Made by a program: the position numbers and the translations under genes | IMG/VR virus record: IMGVR_UViG_2799112846_000001 | Location: 1 to 64,000 of that record | DNA length: 64,000 bases | Source of the DNA: an uncultured virus (IMG/VR IMGVR_UViG_2799112846_000001) | Lineage: Duplodnaviria; Heunggongvirae; Uroviricota; Caudoviricetes | Direction: 5' to 3' (one strand) | In this document: piece after piece, positions 56,997 through 64,000 of the stretch | How the letters are laid out: each line of letters begins with the position of its first letter | Numbering within the stretch: the stretch's first letter is position 1 | Notes under the pieces: generated by a model | Seen by the model: only the letters and a program-made list of their open reading frames with translations | What the model was told of the DNA's origin: nothing | Databases searched by the model: none

Positions 56997-59900
56997 ATGG
57001 CAAACAATATTACATTAAATGTTGGTGTAGATGCAAGTGACGCTAAGTCAGAAATGCAACGATTTGGAGATGTAGCACAGAAAGCTATTCAAGCCTCCGA
57101 CGCTAAAATACAAAAGATGGGATTAAACTTGCAGAACAGCGTCAATAAGATGGAAAAGCTAAACGGTCAAATGACTGAGTTAGCAAGTAAACGTGTTCCA
57201 ACTACAGAATATACAGCACTGCAAACTAAGATAAAAGAAGTATCGTCTAGTTTAAAACAAGCTAAAGACAGTCTAAGCGCATTAGAAGCTACTTCACTGC
57301 ATACAGAACAGTATGACTACATAACACAGAAAATACAAGACATAAATAAAGAGTTACAAGACGCTCGACAAAATCTTGGTAAATCTATTGCAACTTCTGG
57401 ATATTCTGCTGAAACGGAAGCGTGGACTAACAAAGTTGCTGACCTTGAAGCTAAGTTGATTGAAGCTCAACAGTATCAACAAGAGTTAACAGAAGCTGGT
57501 CAAAAGTATGCAAATGCTGATGAGTTTACTCCTAAGATAGAGCAGGTTCAATCATTAGAACAAGAGCTGGCGCAGTTGCGTACTCAAGAAGAAGCTATGA
57601 AGGCTGCCGGTACAGATACTATGTCTGGAGCAAACACAGCTAGATATCAAGATTTAGAAAATCAAATGGCATTAGCTCGTCAACAGTCAATATATATGGC
57701 TAATAATTTAGACACCGCCGCAAACTCAGCATCTAAGATGAGTTCTAATTTATCTAAAGGTAAGTCTTGGATGCAACGTGTTAAAGAATCATGTTCATCT
57801 CTTATAAGTAGTTTAAAGCGTGTCGGCAAGCAGTCTACAGAAACCGGAAAAACACACAATACCTCATTCAAGAAAATGCTTACAACTGTATTAAAATATG
57901 GTTTTGGTATTAGAAGTATTTTCTTATTATACAAAAAATTACGTACTGTTATATCTACTGGATTAAGTGAGATGTCTAAGCAATTCAGTGATGTGGCAGA
58001 TGATGTATACACACTAAAGAATAGTTGGAGTGGATTTAAGGCAAGTTTAGTTAGTGCTTTTCAGCCTATCTTCTCATATGTAGTGCCAGCACTTACTACA
58101 CTTATCAATTATTTAACTACAGCTATGAATGCCTTAGCTAATTTCTTTGCACTGCTTACCGGACAAAGTTATTATTATAAGGCAAAGAAAGGTAATGAGA
58201 GCGTTGCAAAGAGTATAGGAGGAACTGGTTCCGCCGCCGCAGAAGCTAATGAGGAGTTAGCTGAATATGATGACTTGATTGTTATTGAACAAGACAACAG
58301 TTCCGGTGGTGGTAGTGGAGGCAGTGGCTCCTCTGATAGTGATGCTTGGAATTGGGAGAAAGTTGATGTAGAAGCCAATTCCTGGGTAGACAAAATAAAA
58401 AGCGCATTTAGTAATTGGGATTTCACTGAGTTAGGAGCTGAGTTAAGTGCTAAACTTACAGATGTGCTAAAGAATATACCTTGGGATACGATTTATTCAT
58501 ATGCGTCTAATTTTGGTAAAGGATTAGCAACTTTTCTTAATGGACTTATAACTGAGGATTTATTTAGTGCGTTGGGAACAACTATAGGAAACGCAATAAA
58601 AACAGCATTAACATTTTTAAATACGTTCGGAACAACTTTTGATTGGACTAACTTTGGTAGTTCTATAGCATCTGGAATCAACGCTTTCGTACAGACAAAC
58701 CCACTGTCTTTAGCTGTAGATACATTTAACACATGGGCTAATGGTATATTAGATACTCTTAATACTGCTGTAGAAGGAGTAGGTTGGTCTACAATTGGAC
58801 AGCATATAGCTGATGGTATAGGTAAAGTTGATGCTTGGAATATTGGATGGAAATTGGGCACACTTGTTGACAATTTAGTTAATGGTGTGTATGACCTAGT
58901 ATCAATTAAAGATACATGGACAAATCTGGGCACAAAAGTAGCTGACGGCATAAATGGTTTCTTTGAAGGCTTTAGTGGTAAGGACTTAATAGATACTATG
59001 AACGCTATAAAAGACGGTCTGTTTGAAGCTATATCTACCGCTATTAGAAAGATAAAATGGGATGAGGTTGGTAAAGATATAACTGACTTCTTAAATGGTG
59101 TAGATTTAGGAACAGTGTTATTAACAATAACTTCGGTAGCTTTAGCCGCCGCCACTAAGACATTACTCGCAACAAAGCTTCCAGCATTACTTAAATCTGA
59201 ATGTAAAGGTATTATTGGCTTTAATGGAAAAGCAGTATCAGTGGGCACAGTAACACTGTCAGTTATAGCGTCATTAGTTATAGGCTGGGAAATAGGAACT
59301 AAACTTTATGAGTCACTAACAGGTGAAGAAGTTGAACAGTCTATGTTAGAAGAATGTTGGGATATTCTTGATTTTATAGGTGGTGATAGTGGTACTATAC
59401 AAAGTAGATTAACTGGTTATGCTAAACAAGTACTTAGTCCGTTAACATTTCCAGTCAGTGTTGGATGGAATCTGTTTGAAGAAACCTCTTTGTATGATAC
59501 ACTAAAGACATATTTGCAGAGCGGTGTTGACGAATTAAAGGCAAACTTAGATAATCTAATAAATAATTCATCTATATCACAAACAGTAAGTTCATTATGG
59601 TCAAAGATTAAAAATGTGTTCACGTCATTCTTTAGCGGAAATGGAACATATGGACATGGTTATAATGGCATGCCATCCGAGGTTGCGTCAGCGTATGAGT
59701 CTTCTCAAGCTAGTAGCTTTTGGAATGATATGGGTAAAAATATAGTTGATGGTATTGTAGAGGGCATAAAACTGTCACTGCAAACAAATCCATTCACTGC
59801 CCCAATAGTAGCTCTTTATGATGCAATTAAAAATGCACTAGCAGATAAGTTTGATTCACACTCACCAGCTAAAGCCATGTACGAAGATGGAGAGAATATA

Positions 59901-61469
59901 CTAAATGGTATTATTCAAGGATTTAAGAATGCCATAACATCTATTCCTACTGCCATTGCTGAGTTTTATAATAACTTTAAAACTAAGGTTAAAGAGAAAT
60001 TCCAGAACTTTAGTATAACTGAGTTATTAAGTAATGCGGGAAATATAGCAATCACACTGACAACTACACTTGCAGGCGGACTTACAAAGCTAGCTGACTT
60101 TACAGGACTCAGCACATTCTTTAGTAATGTGAAGACAAAGTGGAATAATCTTAAATCTACGTTGAAGACTACTCTTAGTGGAGCATTTAGCTCAATCACA
60201 GGTAGCAACAGTTTAACATCACTGTCTAGTTTGTGGAGCGGTTTGAAAGAGAAGTGGGTAGATAAATCAGCGACACTTAAAACATTCTTAGGTGGTCAAA
60301 TGTCTTATGTATCCGACTTAACTACGTGGACTAACGCATTTAGTACATTAAGAAGTACTTGGGCAGATAAGACAGCTACTATGAAGGCATATGTGGGTGG
60401 TGCAGTTAGTAGTATTGAAGATATTGTAAGTAACAGTGCTAACAGCTGGAAAACAAAGTTCACCACATTCGTTAACACTATTTGGCAAGACCATACAGCT
60501 ACTATGAAGGCTACAGCTAATATAGGTGGTCAGGCTGATAATACATTATCAAACTTTAAATACGGCGGTGGTTGGTATAGTACTGTAACAAACTTCACTA
60601 GCAAGATTTGGAAGGACACGCCAGCATTATTTAGCACTACTGCAAAAGTAGGTGATACAACTAATAACTCTCTGTCGGAAATGACTTCTAGTGGTTCATC
60701 AAATGGCTGGTATAAGAGATTTACAAGTTTTGTAAATACTTGGAAACAAGGTGCAACTGCTTTATTCACAAGTAAGTTCACTAACTCGGATACCAACTCA
60801 CAAGGCTATAAAAACCTGACTGCATTACGTAGTGCATGGAGTCAAACAGCGACAGCACAGTTTACAAGCACTTATACTAACTCGGATATGAACTCTGCCG
60901 GTTATCAAAACTTTAATGCTTTGTGGCAGAATTGGTATGGAAGAAATGCAGACTTTACACTAAGTTTTTCAGGTAATACAGCAGACATTAAATCATTAGC
61001 AAATAATGTTCTTGATAAGGCATATGATGCACTTGATAGGTCTGGTATTAAAGTTAAAAATAAAGTGTGGATGGCACGAGGTGGTGTCGTTGCAGGACTT
61101 ACAAATCTTACAGATATTATGGTTGGTGAAGCAGGTGCCGAAGCTATAGTACCACTTGAAAGAAACTTAGGTTGGCTTGATAAGATAGCTACTATGCTTT
61201 CCGACAAGTTATTAGCTACTGATTTACCTGATATAGTAACTGGTAAAACTCTTCCATCTACACAAGAGTTTATTTCAACATTCAACGCAGGTACTAAGAA
61301 TATCGAATACCTGTTAGAAGAAGTAATAAATAGACTGTCAGCACTTGAAGATGAGCGCAGTGATATGCAACCAATTCAAATACAAGTTGACGGTAGAACA
61401 GTCGCACAGGTTGTATGGGATGAAACTGAGAAGCGTTATAAGCAGACCGGCGTAAGATATGGATATTAG
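56997..61469 (+). CDS. tape measure protein
   Basis: 1490 aa; coiled coils; Trp-periodic repeats; C-terminal MARGG..VGEAGAEAIVPL. Confidence 0.9.
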   Translation: MANNITLNVGVDASDAKSEMQRFGDVAQKAIQASDAKIQKMGLNLQNSVNKMEKLNGQMTELASKRVPTTEYTALQTKIKEVSSSLKQAKDSLSALEATSLHTEQYDYITQKIQDINKELQDARQNLGKSIATSGYSAETEAWTNKVADLEAKLIEAQQYQQELTEAGQKYANADEFTPKIEQVQSLEQELAQLRTQEEAMKAAGTDTMSGANTARYQDLENQMALARQQSIYMANNLDTAANSASKMSSNLSKGKSWMQRVKESCSSLISSLKRVGKQSTETGKTHNTSFKKMLTTVLKYGFGIRSIFLLYKKLRTVISTGLSEMSKQFSDVADDVYTLKNSWSGFKASLVSAFQPIFSYVVPALTTLINYLTTAMNALANFFALLTGQSYYYKAKKGNESVAKSIGGTGSAAAEANEELAEYDDLIVIEQDNSSGGGSGGSGSSDSDAWNWEKVDVEANSWVDKIKSAFSNWDFTELGAELSAKLTDVLKNIPWDTIYSYASNFGKGLATFLNGLITEDLFSALGTTIGNAIKTALTFLNTFGTTFDWTNFGSSIASGINAFVQTNPLSLAVDTFNTWANGILDTLNTAVEGVGWSTIGQHIADGIGKVDAWNIGWKLGTLVDNLVNGVYDLVSIKDTWTNLGTKVADGINGFFEGFSGKDLIDTMNAIKDGLFEAISTAIRKIKWDEVGKDITDFLNGVDLGTVLLTITSVALAAATKTLLATKLPALLKSECKGIIGFNGKAVSVGTVTLSVIASLVIGWEIGTKLYESLTGEEVEQSMLEECWDILDFIGGDSGTIQSRLTGYAKQVLSPLTFPVSVGWNLFEETSLYDTLKTYLQSGVDELKANLDNLINNSSISQTVSSLWSKIKNVFTSFFSGNGTYGHGYNGMPSEVASAYESSQASSFWNDMGKNIVDGIVEGIKLSLQTNPFTAPIVALYDAIKNALADKFDSHSPAKAMYEDGENILNGIIQGFKNAITSIPTAIAEFYNNFKTKVKEKFQNFSITELLSNAGNIAITLTTTLAGGLTKLADFTGLSTFFSNVKTKWNNLKSTLKTTLSGAFSSITGSNSLTSLSSLWSGLKEKWVDKSATLKTFLGGQMSYVSDLTTWTNAFSTLRSTWADKTATMKAYVGGAVSSIEDIVSNSANSWKTKFTTFVNTIWQDHTATMKATANIGGQADNTLSNFKYGGGWYSTVTNFTSKIWKDTPALFSTTAKVGDTTNNSLSEMTSSGSSNGWYKRFTSFVNTWKQGATALFTSKFTNSDTNSQGYKNLTALRSAWSQTATAQFTSTYTNSDMNSAGYQNFNALWQNWYGRNADFTLSFSGNTADIKSLANNVLDKAYDALDRSGIKVKNKVWMARGGVVAGLTNLTDIMVGEAGAEAIVPLERNLGWLDKIATMLSDKLLATDLPDIVTGKTLPSTQEFISTFNAGTKNIEYLLEEVINRLSALEDERSDMQPIQIQVDGRTVAQVVWDETEKRYKQTGVRYGY

Positions 61470-61483
61470 AAAGGAGTGGTAAT

Positions 61484-61918
61484 ATGTCAGCACCAACATT
61501 TAGAGGATATTTAATAAAAGCAGTTAAGACAGATGCTATATTACCACTCAAGTTCATTCAGTGGGACTCCTATAAGATAACTCCTAATCAACGTGAAGAG
61601 ATAAAGGCTTATCGTGATGATAATACTAGAAACTTAACTAGAGTTACAGCAAGCGGTAAGAAAACAGCTATTGAGTTCAAACTCAGAGCTATGTGGTTAG
61701 AAGATATGATGGAGTTCCAAGGATGGCTTGGGGATGGTATAGAAGATACGCAAGAAGCGCATGAGCAAAGAAAGATACAACTTGAAATATACGACACAGA
61801 AGAGAACGTATATAAAACAGGTTATTTCTATGTTCCTAATATGGACTATACAATCTTGCGTATTACAGATGATAGCATTAAGTACAAAGAGCAGACAATT
61901 AAGTTTATCGAATATTAA
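61484..61918 (+). CDS. distal tail protein-like
   Basis: Follows the tape measure gene; YKTGYFYVP, C-terminal FIEY. Confidence 0.65.
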   Translation: MSAPTFRGYLIKAVKTDAILPLKFIQWDSYKITPNQREEIKAYRDDNTRNLTRVTASGKKTAIEFKLRAMWLEDMMEFQGWLGDGIEDTQEAHEQRKIQLEIYDTEENVYKTGYFYVPNMDYTILRITDDSIKYKEQTIKFIEY

Positions 61919-61929
61919 GGGGTGTTTAT

Positions 61930-63888
61930 ATGGCACAATTTTTACGAATACAAATATATAATAGTGCAGGCACTGAGATTGAATATGATAATAAACACGA
62001 CACTGATTGGGGCATTACAACAGGTACAGCTAAACTTGAATCAATTATTATGCTTGAGGAATTAAAGTATGGTACTGTTAATGCTAGCATGTTTGAAGTG
62101 CAGATATTCGGACTCAACATAGATTTGTCTAAGCGAAAAATAAGGGTTCGTATGGAGTATGATACTATTGATGATGACAGTGTTATCATAACAGATGAGG
62201 ATAAAAAGCTCATTACAGATAGCGGTAAGCATTTTAAGTTTGTACATGTTCGTGCAAAAACATTATTCACAGGCACTATTCAATCAGCTAAAAAGAATAA
62301 TGCAAACTCTCAAAGAGATATAGTTGCATATGATAGACTGTATGATGATAAGCAAGTTAATATAGCTCCGTTTTGGGAATCATTTTGGTCGGGGCATGAG
62401 ACGGCTACAATAGCACAATTTAGAACAGCACTATTAAATTATATGGGTATAGACTATGTAGCTAAAACGCTACCTAATGATTCTGTTCAAATAACTAATA
62501 CTTTTGCATATGAGGTAACAGAATTAAGTTTTGATACACTGCTACGTATGATAGGTGAGTTACAAGCATTTTGTCCTCACATCAATGGAGTAGGTAAGCT
62601 AGAGTTTATTCAGTTGAATGATGACGCTCCGTTAGACATTACTAATAACTCAGAGGGTGAAAGATGTTATTGGGAAGAATATACAACACAGACGATAACT
62701 GGTGTAGCTGTCTATGCATCAAGTGTTGAGCTATCACAAGTTGTAGGTAATGAAGGAAATCTGTATAACATAGTTGGTAATGTGTTATTACTTAATATGA
62801 CAGGTGCAGAAATCACAACAATATGTAATAATCTGTTAACCCATTTATCAACAATAAATTATACTCCATTTTATGCATCATTGATTATATCTCAACCCGA
62901 ATCTAATCTTGGTGATAAGGTTATAACTAAATACGGTGATGGATATATAATGCACTCTATATTATCAGGACCCTTACTTATAGATGAGTACGTAGATTGC
63001 AAAGCGCAAGGACCATATTTAAACACGACAGCAACACAAATAAATGATAGAATAATAGAAGCAAATAAACGTGCAGTTATAGAAAAAACCGTAGATGAGT
63101 TTTATAGTGAATATACTGACTATACTGAGGATACGACATCTACAATCAGTCAAATGTCCGATAGAGTCGTAGTTAAGGTGGACAGCAATGGAAATATAGG
63201 TTTAGCAGAATTAGGTGCTGACCCAGATACCGGAGTAACTCACATTCAATTAAATGCTAACAGTGTTGATATAAACAGTGATACCATACAATTTAATAAT
63301 GAGGGTTATCGTGTAACTGGTCCGATATTTACGTCTAACATACAACCAGATAAACATGAAACAATTTGTGATTATTCAGAAATTACAGACAAATCATATT
63401 TTCCGCATATAGATTTTAGTAGCACAAAAGCGTTTGAACAGTTATGCTCTTATGTACATCTTAAATCTACTGCAACTTCACAGGAGCGTATATTTGGATA
63501 TAATTGTTTTGTTATAAGTAATTTTACTTTTACAAGTCAATTTATTTCGGGAGACTTTAACGATAGGGTGATACCGAACCGCACAGTTATAGGTGTGCAT
63601 CTTACTATGTCACGAACATCCTACACTCAATTTATATCGGATGGAGGGCGTATTTTAGATAGTGGCTATCTAGTATTACCATCTAATAAGAGATATACAG
63701 ATTATCTTGGCACAGCATACCTATCACGATTGACGGAATATACTATTGGTCCGGGTGGTCCTAATATGGCTATTATTGCATATTTATCTCCAGAGGATAT
63801 GATTGACCCTATTGAACAAGGTATGTGGGACATAGTAGAGGGTACCGGAGCAATAGTATGTGTTAACCCAGAGTCTACGTTAACATAA
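61930..63888 (+). CDS. tail tip/baseplate hub-like protein
   Basis: Position; LFTG.I, IVAYD.L, I.GN.L. Confidence 0.65.
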   Translation: MAQFLRIQIYNSAGTEIEYDNKHDTDWGITTGTAKLESIIMLEELKYGTVNASMFEVQIFGLNIDLSKRKIRVRMEYDTIDDDSVIITDEDKKLITDSGKHFKFVHVRAKTLFTGTIQSAKKNNANSQRDIVAYDRLYDDKQVNIAPFWESFWSGHETATIAQFRTALLNYMGIDYVAKTLPNDSVQITNTFAYEVTELSFDTLLRMIGELQAFCPHINGVGKLEFIQLNDDAPLDITNNSEGERCYWEEYTTQTITGVAVYASSVELSQVVGNEGNLYNIVGNVLLLNMTGAEITTICNNLLTHLSTINYTPFYASLIISQPESNLGDKVITKYGDGYIMHSILSGPLLIDEYVDCKAQGPYLNTTATQINDRIIEANKRAVIEKTVDEFYSEYTDYTEDTTSTISQMSDRVVVKVDSNGNIGLAELGADPDTGVTHIQLNANSVDINSDTIQFNNEGYRVTGPIFTSNIQPDKHETICDYSEITDKSYFPHIDFSSTKAFEQLCSYVHLKSTATSQERIFGYNCFVISNFTFTSQFISGDFNDRVIPNRTVIGVHLTMSRTSYTQFISDGGRILDSGYLVLPSNKRYTDYLGTAYLSRLTEYTIGPGGPNMAIIAYLSPEDMIDPIEQGMWDIVEGTGAIVCVNPESTLT

Positions 63889-63936
63889 TATTATAGTAAA
63901 CTAACATTAAAAAGAGTGAAAGTGAGGTGCAAGATA

Positions 63937-64000
63937 ATGGATGAAGATATTAGAATAAAAGACTTACCCTTAGTAGAAGACGGAATACAGTCAACTGATT
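63937..64000 (+). CDS. 5' end of a structural/tail-fibre gene (partial)
   Basis: SD GAGGTG; MDEDIRIKDLP runs off the window. Confidence 0.5.
   Translation, partial: MDEDIRIKDLPLVEDGIQSTD

Noticed and set aside
58493..59248. 251-aa minus-strand ORF and the other minus-strand ORFs in the track
   Set aside because: They are antisense shadows of plus-strand genes, with no SD or recognisable motif.
1..64000. Stop-codon reassignment or diversity-generating retroelement
   Set aside because: Long genes are intact in the standard code, all three stop codons are used, and I saw no reverse transcriptase or template/variable repeat pair.

Overview
Near-complete genome of an AT-rich tailed phage (siphovirus-like). 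The host is most likely a spore-forming Firmicute, judged from sigmaA-type promoters, AGAAAGGAG ribosome-binding sites, RecU, a Dp-1-type holin and A118/SPP1-type head genes. Almost all genes are on the + strand. Gene order: tail-fibre 3' end, lysis genes, a GerE/LuxR-like HTH with a Gly/Cys-rich accessory cluster, a large replication/recombination block (SNF2 helicase, initiator, DnaC-like loader, DnaB, DnaG, glycosyl-/nucleotidyl-transferases, SSB, PolA, beta clamp, Cas4-like nuclease, RecU, RecA, DnaX/HolB/HolA), tRNA-Gln preceded by a tRNA-like element, terS, a 7-kb cassette of small genes, terL, portal, head, tail and tape measure. I recognised no integrase or repressor. Highlights: (1) a DnaX intein whose putative homing endonuclease (two Zn fingers plus a DUF559/Vsr-like domain) is not in the intein frame but is a nested +1-frame gene, with a Shine-Dalgarno formed by the intein's KGD codons; (2) apparent mimicry of host chromosome-segregation sites: two consensus parS sites, a dif-like site and seven exact XerD-arm 11-mers; (3) three free-standing homing endonucleases sharing a promoter inside an RBS-sequestering hairpin; (4) a non-canonical tRNA-like element. 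All protein calls come from reading motifs by eye; no database searches were run.
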